A stretch of 64,000 bases of DNA. Origin: an uncultured Solirubrobacteraceae bacterium (GTDB lineage Bacteria > Actinomycetota > Thermoleophilia > Solirubrobacterales > Solirubrobacteraceae). The stretch is from contig OY969911.1 of assembly GCA_963704495.1 (NCBI GenBank), positions 1,764,060-1,828,059 of the forward strand, in the 5' to 3' direction. Under the pieces are notes generated by a model, which was not told where the DNA came from, did no database searches, and saw only the letters and a list, made by a program, of their open reading frames with translations. The translations under genes and the position numbers were made by a program. Positions 40,665 to 51,634 of the stretch are shown piece after piece. How positions within the stretch are numbered: position 1 is the first letter of the stretch; each line of letters opens with the position of its first letter.

Positions 40665-40677
40665 TGATGTCCTGACG

Positions 40678-41143
40678 ATGACCGGGCCCGGCTGGCGCAT
40701 AGAGGTGATGCACGGGGTCAACCTCGACCAGCTCGGCCGGCGCGATCCTGCCGCTCTACGGAACGCTGACGCTGGCCGAGCTCGAGCAGCGAGATCGAGC
40801 TGGGCGAGCATCTGAGCTGGGTCTGCGCGCGAGCTTCTTTCAGAGCAACCACGAGGGCGCGTTCGTCGAGCGGCTGCATGCGCTGTGCGAGGAGGTGGAC
40901 GCGGTGATCCTCAACCCAGGTGCTTGGACGCACTACGCCTGGGCGATGCGCGACGCGCTTGGAGATCGCGGGTGCTGCCGGCCGTCGAGGTCCATCTCTC
41001 AGACGTGCAGGCGCGCGAGCCGTGGCGACGCATCTCGGTGATCGGCGAGTTGTGCCTGGCGACGATCTCTGGGCGCGGCGCGGACGGGTATGAGCGATGC
41101 GCTCGCGCTGTTGCGCGACGAGCTCGAACAGGGCGCGCGATGA
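40678..41143 (+). CDS. aroQ: Type II 3-dehydroquinate dehydratase (frameshifted)
   Basis: HGVNL..LGRR, QSNHEG, LNPGAWTH, VEVHLS. Confidence 0.88.
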
Positions 41144-42251
41144 GCGCAGGCGCGAGCAGCGAGATCGCGCGCGTGGGGCGGCTCGCTGTGGCGCTGCGCG
41201 AGCGCGAGCTCGACGTGCTGCTCGTCGCGGCGCCCGTCAACCTGCGCTATCTGAGCGGCTTCACGGGCAGCAACGGCCTGGCGCTGATCGCGGCCGCGGG
41301 AGGGCGCCGAGCACCGCTTCTTCACGGACTTTCGCTACACGAGCCAGTCCGCTGCGCAGGTTACGCCGGCATTTGAGCGCGAGATCGTCACGGGCAGCCT
41401 GATCGATGCGGCTGCAGCCTCGCTCGATGGCTCGGGGGGCAAGCTCGGCTATCGACGACGCGAGCACGACGGTTGCCGATCGCTCGCGACTGGCTGCGGC
41501 GCTGCCGCCGGGCTGGGAGCTGGCGGAGTGCGCCGGGGCGGTCGAGCGGCTGCGCGCAGTCAAGGACGAAGGCGAGATCGAGCTGATGCGCGCCGCCGCG
41601 CAGCTCGCCGACGAGGCCCTTGCGAGAGTGCTCGAAGCGGGCCTCGTGGGCCGCACCGAGCGTGAGGTGGCGATCGAGCTCGAGCTGAGCATGCGGCGCC
41701 TGGGTGCCGAGGCGCCGAGCTTCCCCTCGATCGTCGCCTCGGGCGCCCACGGGGCACTCCCGCATGCCGAGCCGCGCGGGGAGGCGATTCCACGCGACGT
41801 GCTCGTGACGATCGACTGGGGGGCGATGCACGAGGGCTACTGCTCGGACTGCACGCGCACGTACGCGACGGGAGAGGGCATCTCGGCGCAGGCGCGCGAG
41901 ATCTATGAGCTCGTGCTGAGCGCCCAGGAAGCGGGCGTTGCGGCCGCGCGGGCCGGCCCGACGGGGCGCGATGTGGACGCTGTCGCGCGCGCGCTGATCG
42001 AGGCCGCGGGGCACGGCGAGCATTTCGGCCACGGGCTCGGCCACGGCGTCGGCATGGACGTGCACGAGGCGCCGCGCCTGTCGCGGATCGAAAGCGAGCA
42101 GCCGCTGCGGGCGGGCAACGTGGTGACGGTCGAGCCGGGCGTCTACATCCCAGGTGAGCTCGGCGTGCGCATCGAGGACCTGCTGGTTGTGCGCGAGGGC
42201 TCTCAGGAGGTGCTCAACGGGCTGGAGAAGGCGCTGACCGTCATCTCCTGA
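41140..42251 (+). CDS. Xaa-Pro aminopeptidase (M24), frameshifted N-terminus
   Basis: NLRYLSGF, ALPH, YCSDCTRT, GHGLGHGVG..HE, EPGVY, VRIED. Confidence 0.9.
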
Positions 42252-43483
42252 GCGCCGCCGCGGCGTTCGCGCAAGGCAGCGGGGTGTGGCTCGGCAGGCG
42301 AGGAAGCGAACAGGCGCGCGGCGAGCGCGAGTGCGAGCGGTAGCGACCAAGCGAGGAAGAAGGCCGCCTGCAGGTCGGCCGAGACGTGCTCGGGCAGCCA
42401 GATGAAGCTGAGGTAGGCGAGCACGGTGGCCGTGGCGCTCAGCACGGGCGGGCGGGCGATCGCTCCGCGCACCTCCCAGGCGAGCAGCGCGAGCACGAAG
42501 GGCAGGGGGTAGTAGGCGATGTCCCAAGTGTCGAGCAGGCAGCGCAGCAGCATCAGCAGCGCGAGCATCAGCAGCGCCGTGGGCAGCGCGATGCGCTGTG
42601 GCCGGCGCCCGCGCAGCCACAACGCGAACGGCAGTAGAAGCCCGGCGAGGAGGATCAAGGGATGGGAGACCGTGCCTGTCCACGACGGCCCCAGGCGATA
42701 GCCGTAGGCGAGCGCTCCGCCGACGCCGGGCGAGGCGGGAGCGTGGTGGCCGAGGAACCAGAACACCTGCCATGGATGGAAGAGCACGCCGGGCGCAGTC
42801 GCGCTGGCGCGCAGGGCCGAGGAGAACCCGCCGGAGCCGATCAGCAGCAGCGGCGCGAGCACGAGCGCGGCGATCGCGAGCGAGCAGCCGATCAGCGCCG
42901 GGCGTCGTCGTGGCGGCAGTGCGAGCAGCACGGGTCCGGCGGCGAGTAGCGCCCACTCCTTGTTGGCCACGGCCAGGCCCAGCGCCAGACCGGCCCAGAC
43001 CGGTCGCTCGCTCGCGGCGAGCAGCACGGCGGCGACGCACAGGCAGGCGCCGAGTAGCTCCTCTGGGTGGCCGAGCTCGAGCGCGCGCAGCGTGAGCGGG
43101 TTGGCGACGCACACGGCGAGCGCGAGCGTGCGGGCAAAGCGCGGTCGACCTTCGCTGCGCATCCGCGCGACGAGGTAGGTGCCCAGCAGCACTGCGGCGA
43201 GCAGGCAGGGCACGGCGACGGCCCGGTATACGGCAAGCGCGCCGCCGCCCCACAGCCCAGGGATCAGCGCGAACGGCGCACGCTCGACGAGCGAGCCGCC
43301 GTAGGCGGGGACGAGCCGCAGGAAGGCAGCCAGGTGTCCGTGCGCGAGCGCTTCGAAGGCCGGTCGCGACTCGGTTTCGTAGTCACTCCAGGCAAAGCTC
43401 CTCAGGCCGAGCCACGCGAGCAGCGCGCAGCCGGCGAGCGCGGCCAGGGCGCAGGGGAGGTTCTCGCGTGCGATGCGCCTCAT
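42203..43483 (-). CDS. GT-C (GT87-like) membrane glycosyltransferase
   Basis: Polytopic; DY, GHPEELL, K.WA, YY.PF. Confidence 0.7.
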   Translation of the reverse strand: MRRIARENLPCALAALAGCALLAWLGLRSFAWSDYETESRPAFEALAHGHLAAFLRLVPAYGGSLVERAPFALIPGLWGGGALAVYRAVAVPCLLAAVLLGTYLVARMRSEGRPRFARTLALAVCVANPLTLRALELGHPEELLGACLCVAAVLLAASERPVWAGLALGLAVANKEWALLAAGPVLLALPPRRRPALIGCSLAIAALVLAPLLLIGSGGFSSALRASATAPGVLFHPWQVFWFLGHHAPASPGVGGALAYGYRLGPSWTGTVSHPLILLAGLLLPFALWLRGRRPQRIALPTALLMLALLMLLRCLLDTWDIAYYPLPFVLALLAWEVRGAIARPPVLSATATVLAYLSFIWLPEHVSADLQAAFFLAWSLPLALALAARLFASSPAEPHPAALRERRGGAQEMTVSAFSSPLSTS

Positions 43484-43489
43484 GGGTTG

Positions 43490-43518
43490 GCATCGGTCGC
43501 GGCGGGGCGATGCTTGAG
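43490..43518 (-). promoter_or_regulatory. Sigma-28-like promoter of the GT87-like gene
   Basis: CTCAAG-N15-ACCGATGC, 6 nt before ATG. Confidence 0.6.
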
Positions 43519-43555
43519 TCGGGCGGGCGGTCCGCCGTCGGCGGCGCGAAAAGCT

Positions 43556-43987
43556 CTACCTCGCGAGCAACGTCGACAGTCCGTCGCGATCGGGAACGAC
43601 GTGAGGAATCTCCGGAATGTCGGCAAAGCTGCTGTCGGCGGAGACGAGCGCGCGCAGCCCCGCGCGAGCCGCGCACACGGCGAGCACGGCGTCGAATGCG
43701 CCGAGTGCTTGGGTGCACGCGAACAGTGCAAGCCCGGCGTCGAGATCGTCGATCGTCGGGCTCAGGAGGGGGGACAGCAGCTCGGCATAGTCCCGCCCTA
43801 GTGAAGCGGCGTCGGTTCGATCGCGCCGTCGGGCGCGAACATGCACGAACTCCTGGATCACCTCGACCGTAGTCGTCGCTTCGATGCGCCGGTCTGCTAC
43901 CGCCTCGATCAGTTCGCGACAGGGATCGCGCAAAGGGTGGTTCTGTCCCTTGGCGTAGACGAGGACGGTCTTATCGAGCAGGATCAC
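43556..43987 (-). CDS. vapC: VapC PIN-domain toxin
   Basis: [26 protein letters not shown]. Confidence 0.9.
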   Translation of the reverse strand: MILLDKTVLVYAKGQNHPLRDPCRELIEAVADRRIEATTTVEVIQEFVHVRARRRDRTDAASLGRDYAELLSPLLSPTIDDLDAGLALFACTQALGAFDAVLAVCAARAGLRALVSADSSFADIPEIPHVVPDRDGLSTLLAR

Positions 43988-44232
43988 GTGCGCCGGCCGC
44001 GCAACGCGTCGAGCTCGTCACGCAGCTCAGTCGGCTCGGGAACCTGCATATCGGGAGCCTCGAGCAGACGCCGCCCAGCAGCGAGTCGCTGTGCATCGGG
44101 CCTCGCCAGCCCACGGTCGATCGCCTCGCGCACGACGGTAGCGACGGACACGCCCCGTTCCTGCGCCACGGCGGAGATGCGCCGGTGACGCTCGTCGTCG
44201 ATCAGGATTTGCAAACGATGATCCAACGACAT
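43984..44232 (-). CDS. vapB: VapB antitoxin (RHH/CopG)
   Basis: [23 protein letters not shown]; probably leaderless after TGcTACAGT. Confidence 0.85.
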   Translation of the reverse strand: MSLDHRLQILIDDERHRRISAVAQERGVSVATVVREAIDRGLARPDAQRLAAGRRLLEAPDMQVPEPTELRDELDALRGRRT

Positions 44233-45141
44233 ACACATACTGTAGCATGTGCAACTCGCTTACGATCATGGGCCGATTTGCCGATTACCAACGGTCTGCA
44301 TGGACGCCCTCCTATGATGCGGTGCCGTGGCGATCAGCACCAACCAATTATGAAACGTGCCTAGAACGTAAGAACATTTCGGCGTCCCGCACTGTTGGGC
44401 GTGGTTCGCTCAGTGCTTGACCGATGAAAGTGCTTGAGGCAGCGGGGATGCTGTCGGCGCCGTGACCGGCGTGGCGCCAAAGGGGCGGAACGCTCGTAAT
44501 GGGAGAGCGAGCAGGGTCCCGTAACCCTCGCTGAGGGCGCCTCTCCAAGAGGCCATCGGCCCCCCGAGCAGACTCCTCGACTCTGTGGCCTAGGCCCGAT
44601 GTTCGCGGGCCATCTACGGTCGGCCGGACTAGCAATCCCGCCCGGCAGATGTACCTGCGACGCGGCTTGCGTGCTGCCACAGACGTCGGCGAGCAGGCCG
44701 GTCACGGCGCTGCTCACTCGCGGGAGCATTACCCGGCACGCGACCGGCACCGGACTCCGCTCCCGTCGTCCTGCTCGGTGCCTCGCGTGCGCGGTGCCGT
44801 TCGCGCTCGCCGGGCCTTCGAGTCCGCAGACGAATACAAAGCAAATTTCAGACTCGTGCCCAACGATCCCAGCGTGGACGTGGACGCACACGCGGCCTTC
44901 TACGTAAGCCTGATCGAGCCCGACTTTGGGATCGAACTCCAGCTCCTCGGCCCGCTTGAGCAGATTCTCAAGAGGGTCGTTGGGGTGGTCACAGCGGCCG
45001 AAGACGGCTGCTTCTAGATCGCGGCGGACGCTCGTCGCGTAGCCCGTGGGGTAGCCGCCCGTTCAAGTTGGGGTCGAGCCAACCTCGGGAGTCCGACAGG
45101 CCCCCGAGAACGCTGCCGGGAGCGAGTTTCGCTAGACCCTC

Positions 45142-45351
45142 CTAGGGCTCTGACTGCCGCCAGCGGTTGAGCGCGATCACAGTCCAGATCGCCTCCACAA
45201 CGCCGAAGGGCCAAGTCCCGGCGAGAAACCCGTAGGTGCTCGACAAGGCACACCCGCACGCGAAAGCGAAGATGTAGCGGCGGTGGCGTCGCTCCAAGGC
45301 GTACATGCACACCATGAACGTCACGGCCGCTGCTCCGAAGGCCGTAAGCAT
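45142..45351 (-). CDS. Small membrane protein
   Basis: 69 aa, three hydrophobic segments, WPFGVVEAIW. Confidence 0.7.
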   Translation of the reverse strand: MLTAFGAAAVTFMVCMYALERRHRRYIFAFACGCALSSTYGFLAGTWPFGVVEAIWTVIALNRWRQSEP

Positions 45352-45815
45352 CGTCGCTCAGTCTGACGCTTGCAGGCCCAACGAGAACGCGACCCCACTA
45401 CTCGGACAGATCGGCGTCCTTCGGACGCTCATCCTTGGCCTCGAAGTCCTGACCCGGGGCGTAAAGCTCCCGAGGGGAGTCCTCGAGGCGCGCTGAGCGA
45501 GTGCCAAGCGAGGCCGCATCGTCTGGCCTCGTCGCGCGGCGGCCAGCTACCAGAGAGCACGTTGTTTCGCGTTCGCGCGGCCCGTCGATTTGGGCCTCTC
45601 CTGAAATGTTGGAGACAACCTCGCAGGACTTGTCATTCGCCGAGCCGCGGCCTAACCACAGATAGGCGCTTCGACGCACGCTCGAGCTCGCGCGATCTAA
45701 GTGGACCTGCGCTGCCGCAGGATGAGCCTCGAACTACACTTCGCCCTCGCTGATGCGCGATGCAGAGGTTTGATCTCATCTGGTATTTGGATCTCGCTCG
45801 TCCGAGGGACGCGCG

Positions 45816-46595
45816 ATGAGCCTGCGCGTCGAGGTGGTCGGCATCGGTCCGGGTGACCCGGCGATGATCACCGTTCAAGCCGTCGAGGCACTTCGCGGCG
45901 CCGACGCCTTCCTGCTCGTAACCAAGCGCCATGAGACGCAGGAGCTCGTCGACGTGCGCGCTGAAATCCTCGACCGCTACGTCGGCGAGGACTGGCGCTC
46001 GTGCGCGATCTACGTCGCCGACGCCGAGCGTGCGCGTGGCAGCGACGCACAGTCCCAGCGCCAAGCGGTGGCGGCGTGGCGTGCCGAGCGTGCCCGCCGA
46101 TTCGCCGAGGTGATGGCGGGGATGCCCGACGGCGCGCGCGTCGCGTTCCTGGCATGGGGCGATCCGACCCTCTATGACTCGACGCTCGGGGTGGTCGAGG
46201 ACATCGCCGACGGCGACGGGCCGGAGATCGAGGTCCGCGTGATCGCAGGGATAAGCAGCGTGCAGGTCCTGGCCGCCGGGCATCGCATCGGCCTGAACCG
46301 CATCGGTGGGTCGGTCCAGCTGATGACCGGCCGCAGACTGGCGGATGGGCTCCCACCGGACGCCGAGGACGTTGTCGTAATGCTGGATCCAGAGTGCAGG
46401 TTCACCGAGGTCGCCGAGGAAGGGCTCGATATCTACTGGGGTGCCTATCTCGGCACGCCTGATGAGATCCTCATCGCCGGCGCGGTATCCGACGTCGGGG
46501 AGAAGATCGTGCGCGAGAGGGCGGCTGCGAAGGCTCGCAAGGGCTGGGTCTTCGACACCTACCTGCTGCGCCGGCGCCGTGCTTCTCGCCCGTGA
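45816..46595 (+). CDS. cobF: Precorrin-6A synthase (deacetylating)
   Basis: GIGPGDP, WGDPTLYDST, VVMLD, IYWGAYLG, GWVFDTYLL. Confidence 0.9.
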   Translation: MSLRVEVVGIGPGDPAMITVQAVEALRGADAFLLVTKRHETQELVDVRAEILDRYVGEDWRSCAIYVADAERARGSDAQSQRQAVAAWRAERARRFAEVMAGMPDGARVAFLAWGDPTLYDSTLGVVEDIADGDGPEIEVRVIAGISSVQVLAAGHRIGLNRIGGSVQLMTGRRLADGLPPDAEDVVVMLDPECRFTEVAEEGLDIYWGAYLGTPDEILIAGAVSDVGEKIVRERAAAKARKGWVFDTYLLRRRRASRP

Positions 46596-46602
46596 GTCCG
46601 TC

Positions 46603-47925
46603 GTGAGTGTCTCGCACGGCCTCCTCGCCGATGCCCAGACCCCGCTCGCTCCGCGACTTCCGCCAGGGCCCTCGCTTGGGGCGCTGGCCCAGGATCAGCT
46701 GATCAGGCACGCGCAGTTGCCGCTGCTCGAGCGCTGTCGCCGGCGCTACGGCAACGCCTTTACTCTGCGCCCCGGGTCTCAGACGCGAGTGGTGCTCGCG
46801 GACCCGGGCGCGATTCGTGCGCTGTTCAGGGCTCCGCCTGATGTCGTCTGCGCCGGTCAGAACAACGCTCCGCTGCTGCCGATTTTCGGGCCGGACTCGA
46901 TCCTGCTCAGTGACGGCGAGGAGCACTTGCGCAAGCGGCGTCGTCTGCTGGGCATCTTTCGCGAGAAGGACGTCGAGCGCACTGAGGCGATCGTCGAGGA
47001 GATCGCGACACGCCACGTCGCCGACTGGCCGCGCGGCGAGCCATTCTCTCTGCACGCACATCTGCGCCAGCTCGCCTTCGAGGTATTGGCGAGGGTGGCC
47101 TTCAACGGTGCGCCCGAGGTCAACGACCGCGTCTCGGAGGCGTTTGACCGCCTGATGCTGCTGAGCGCCCCGCCGATGGTAGAGCAGCTGCGCGCTCTGG
47201 CGAGGGGTCGCTCACCGTGGACTGAGTTCGAGTCCGCGCGCACGGGGCTCGACGCCGTGCTCCATGAGCTGATCGTTCAGATGCGCGCCGGCGACGCTGA
47301 GGACGCAAGCATCCTCGATCAGCTGATGAGCGCCCGCGGTGAGCATGGGGAGGCGTTGAGCGACAGCACACTCCGCGATGAACTCGCGACGTTGATCGTC
47401 GCGGGTCACGAAACGACCGCGAGCACGCTTGCGTGGATGTTCAACTTCGTGCTCCGCGACCGCGAGCTCTATGGGGCGCTCAAGCAGGAGGCGCAGGGTT
47501 CGGGAGCGCAGCTGCTCAACGCGACGATCACCGAGGCGCTGCGCCTTGGGCCTGTCGTCCTGGGCGTCGGTCGCGCCCTGACCGAGCCGCTTCAAGTCGG
47601 CGACTGGGTGCTGCCCGGCGGCACGCTCGCGGTCGCCTCCGCCTATCTGACCCATCGCCGCGAGGATCTCTTTGTGCGGCCACTTCACTTTGATCCTGAG
47701 CGATTTCTCGACACCAGTCCTGAGGCTTATGAGTTCCTGCCGTTCGGGGGAGGCGCGCGGCGATGCCTCGGCGCCTCCTTCGCCGATCGTGAGATCCGTG
47801 TGATCGCTCGAACGATGCTTCGAAGCATCGACCTGCGCGGGCTGCGAAGGCGTGCGGTGCGCCCGCAGCGCCGAGGTCCGATCTACGCACCGAGCGGAGG
47901 CGTTCCGGTGCTCGCTAGGAGCTAG
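46603..47925 (+). CDS. Cytochrome P450
   Basis: AGHETT, EALR, FDPERF, PFGGGARRCLG. Confidence 0.93.
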   Translation: MSVSHGLLADAQTPLAPRLPPGPSLGALAQDQLIRHAQLPLLERCRRRYGNAFTLRPGSQTRVVLADPGAIRALFRAPPDVVCAGQNNAPLLPIFGPDSILLSDGEEHLRKRRRLLGIFREKDVERTEAIVEEIATRHVADWPRGEPFSLHAHLRQLAFEVLARVAFNGAPEVNDRVSEAFDRLMLLSAPPMVEQLRALARGRSPWTEFESARTGLDAVLHELIVQMRAGDAEDASILDQLMSARGEHGEALSDSTLRDELATLIVAGHETTASTLAWMFNFVLRDRELYGALKQEAQGSGAQLLNATITEALRLGPVVLGVGRALTEPLQVGDWVLPGGTLAVASAYLTHRREDLFVRPLHFDPERFLDTSPEAYEFLPFGGGARRCLGASFADREIRVIARTMLRSIDLRGLRRRAVRPQRRGPIYAPSGGVPVLARS

Positions 47926-49189
47926 GCGCTCGATCGAGCGCAAACAGCTCTCGCACCGCCCTCAGTCTGATGCTCATCGCCCTGACGCATGAGCTCGGTG
48001 GGTCGATGCAGCAGACGCTTGACCAGCGCCTTTGCCATGGCCTCAGCGCGGTCGCGGTCGCGCTCGGTCTCCCACCGCCCGCCGTTGCTCGCGAGCACCG
48101 ACTGCATGACCTGATCTGAGTAGCGCCTGACGGCGGCGATCGTCGCGATCGCCTCGCCTGCGTTCAGCCACTCGAGCAGACGCGCGTGCTCCTCTTCGAG
48201 GATGCCCTCGGCTTGACGCAGCGCCGTGAGTCCGACCGCCGGACCCAATTGCGCGGCGTGATTCAGTCCTTCGAGGTCATAGAGCGTCACGTCGGGGATG
48301 CCCGCGCACAGCGGATCGATGTCGCGTGGGACCGCCAGGTCGATCAAGATCAGCGGACGCCCCGAGCGTGCGCTCATCACAGCGCGTAGCTCACTCTCTG
48401 AGAGCAGAGAGCCCGGCGAGGCGCTCGCGGCGATCACGGCGTCGACCTCGGCGAGCGTCCTCCACAGCTGCTCGAGCTCCACGGTGCGACAGTCAAAGCG
48501 GCTCGCCAGCGCCTCGGCTCGCTCGCGTCCTCGACTGGCGACGATGACCGTCTTTGCGCCCCGCTCGGTCAAGAGCTCGACGGCCAGGCCGCTCATCTCA
48601 CCGGCGCCGAGCACCGCGACGGTGCTGGCGCTGAGCTCACCCAACGCCTCGACGGCAAGCGCGGGCACGGAGGCTCTCTGCCGTCCGATCGCTGTCTCGG
48701 AGCGCACCCGCTTACCGGCCTGAAGCGCGGCGGCGAACAGGCGGTTCAGCAGCGGCCCGGCGCGTCCGCTTTGACGGCACTGCTCGTATGTGCGGCGCAC
48801 CTGTCCTTGGATCTGCTCCTCGCCGAGCACCATCGCGTCGAGGCCCGCGCTCACTCGCAGCAGGTGCAGCGCCGCCTCGCCGTCGTGCAGTGTGTAGCTC
48901 GCATCGACGAGCTCGGCGTGCGGCACTTCTCCGTGGCGGCTCAGGCAAGCCAGCAGCGCCGTTTCCGCCGCCTCGGGCTCCTCGACCACGAGGTAGAGCT
49001 CCACGCGGTTGCACGTAAACAGTGCCGCCGCCTCGCCCACCTCGAGCTCGCCCGAGAGCTCGCTGAACAGTCGCTCAGATTGATGGGCGGGCAGGGCCAG
49101 GCGCTCGCGCAGCTCGAGCGGCGCGCTCTGGTGGGAGAGCCCCAGCAGCAGCAGCGCGCCAGGCGCCGCCGCATCGCGAGGTTGCTCAA
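47922..49189 (-). CDS. hemA: Glutamyl-tRNA reductase (start and end uncertain)
   Basis: GLSH..AP..LRE, TCNRVE, GEEQIQGQV, LGAGEM, DLAVPRDI. Confidence 0.9.
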
Positions 49190-49194
49190 CGACG

Positions 49195-49749
49195 CTAATC
49201 CTTGGCCGGCTCGGCGATGACACCCGAGAGCAGCTCCTCATAGCGACCGAGCACGAACAGGACCAGCGAGACGCGATTGAGCCAGCGGCGGGTCTCCTCG
49301 TGACCGCCCAGTGAGACCACGCGTCGCTCGGCGCGGCGGGCGATCGCGCGCGCGAGATCGATCGCGCCGGAGGCCGGCACCGAGCCCGGCAGAATGAACT
49401 CACCGGGAATCGGCGTCTTTGCCTTGATTTCCGCTCCAAGCTCATCCAGCCGTTCGAGATCCTCGACTGTGACCTCGACGTAGCGGTTCTCCCTGCCAGG
49501 CATCGTCGCGAGCTCGGCTGCGACTTTGTAGAGGCCACGCTGGATCTCCTCGCAGATCTCGCGGACCTCCTGGTGTTCGCTCAAGGCCTTCGCCAGCCCG
49601 ACTGCGCTCGAGGCCTCATCCACCGTCCCGTATGCCTCGATCCGCACGTCGTCCTTTGCGATTCGCTCACCGCCGAGCAGTCCCGTCGTGCCGTCATCGC
49701 CCTTGCCAGCGCGGGCTATTACGTCAACGTCATCCTTTGCCATCTTCAT
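49195..49749 (-). CDS. pduO: PduO-type cob(I)alamin adenosyltransferase
   Basis: GKGDDGTT, AYGTVDE, FILPG, RRAER, LNR.S. Confidence 0.9.
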   Translation of the reverse strand: MKMAKDDVDVIARAGKGDDGTTGLLGGERIAKDDVRIEAYGTVDEASSAVGLAKALSEHQEVREICEEIQRGLYKVAAELATMPGRENRYVEVTVEDLERLDELGAEIKAKTPIPGEFILPGSVPASGAIDLARAIARRAERRVVSLGGHEETRRWLNRVSLVLFVLGRYEELLSGVIAEPAKD

Positions 49750-51546
49750 CTCCTGGGGTTGGGTTAGAGGCGACTGATTGTGGACCGTCGACCGCCGCCT
49801 CGACGAACGTGGACATCTCGCGGTGCAGTCGCCCGGCCTGCTCGATCAGCCCAAGCGCCAAAGCCGCGCCGCTGCCCTCGCCCAGGCGCAGGCGCAGGTC
49901 GAGCAACGGCTCGATCCCGAGCTCTGAGAGCACGTAGCCGTGCGCGGGCTCGGCTGAGCGATGCCCGGCGAACATCCACTCGCGTGAGGCCGGCTCCATG
50001 CTCACGGCGATCAGCGCGGCGACGCCGGTTGCGAATCCGTCGAGCAGCACGGGGACGCGTTGACTGGGCGCTTGCAGCATCACGCCGACCAGCGCGGCGA
50101 ACTCCAGGCCGCCGACGCTCGCCAGCACGACCTGTGGATCCTCCGGGTCGTGGGACCGCTCGGCGCACCAGCGTCGATGGCGATCGACGATCGCGCTCAC
50201 GACCTCGCGCTTTCGCTTCACGCCGGCCGCGTCCAGTCCGGTCCCTCGTCCCACCACGCGCTCGGGCTCGGCGCCGCTGAGCGCACACAAGAGCGCCGAG
50301 GCCGTTGTCGTGTTGCCGATGCCGATCTCGCCCACGACCACACAATCCGCGCCGGAGCTTTCGAGCGCCTCGCGGGTCAGCGCGCGACCACACTCGATCG
50401 CGGCCTCGCTCTGCTGCGCGCTCATCGCCGGACCGCTTGTCGTATCCGCGCTCCCGGGCGCGATCGACCTGTCCAGGCAGCCCTCCGGTGTAGGGCCACG
50501 CAAGCCGACGTCCGCGACCACCAAGTGCTCGCCGCGTGCCTTGGCGAGCACGCCGATCGCGGTCTCGCCGCGCGCGGCTGCCTGAGCGACTTGACTTGAC
50601 ACCGCCGAGCTGAACAGGCTTGTTCCGTGCGTGGTGTGACCGTGGTCGGCCGCGCAGATCAAATGGACGGCCTTCAGCGGCGCGGGGGAGGCGCGCCGGT
50701 TGCAGCCGCCCAACGCTCGACGACGTCTTCAAGCGCTCCGAGGCTTCCGATCGGCTTGACGAGCTGGTCCGCGCGGTCACGCACCGCGGTCCTCGCGGCG
50801 TGGTCGGGCAACGCTCCAGAGGCCGCCGGCGCCTCTGGAGCGCTCCAGCTCTCGTGCATGACGACCTCAGAGACCGGCGCGCGCGCGGCCCATCCGCCGC
50901 GCTCGAGGTTCGGTCGTATGGGGCGCTCGTCGGGCCAGCCGACGCAGAGCCACGCGACCGCTTCGACCTCGTGCGGAATGCCGAGGATCTCGCGTAGGTC
51001 GGGCGGGCGGTAAAAGCTGACCCAGCCGACACCGAGACCCTCGGACCGCGCGGTCAGCCAGAGGTTCTGGATCCCGCAGGCGGTCGAGTAGATGTCGGTC
51101 TCGGGGATCGTCCCGCGACCGAGCACCTCCTTGCCGGCAGGTGGGGGCACGCAGCAGACACAGATCCCAACGGGCGCCTCGAGGATGCCCTCCACCTTTT
51201 GATCCAGGAAGGCCCGCGCTCGCTCGTCGAACTTCGGCGCCTGGCGCATTCGCTCGCGCTCGGCGATCGCGCGCACACGCGCACGTGTCGTCTCACTGCG
51301 CACGATGATGAAGCGCCACGGCTGGGAGAGGCCAACCGAGGGCGCCTTGTGCGCCGCTTCGAGCACTCGCGTGAGCACTGCGTCCGGCACCGGGTCAGGG
51401 CGAAAGCGGCGGATGTCGCGCCGCTCTGCGATCACTCGCACCACGGCTTCGCGGACTGGATCTGGGTAGCGCCAACTCTCTGGGTCAGCGGCTCGGTCGC
51501 TTGCCCGCGAGGGATCGAAGTTGGCGTCGAGCACGGGGCGCTTCAT
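49730..51546 (-). CDS. bluB-cobT: BluB-CobT fusion (frameshift ~50690)
   Basis: RRDIRRF, APSVGLSQPW; KPIGSLG.LE, ADHG, GEIGIGNTT, RLGEGSGA. Confidence 0.88.
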
Positions 51547-51634
51547 GGCACGAACCTCTCTTGCGTAGTGGTTGGCGGCCGCCCCTCAGCAAGCGCTGGG
51601 CGGCGTGGATGTAGCACGCAAGCTCGATCGAGCG

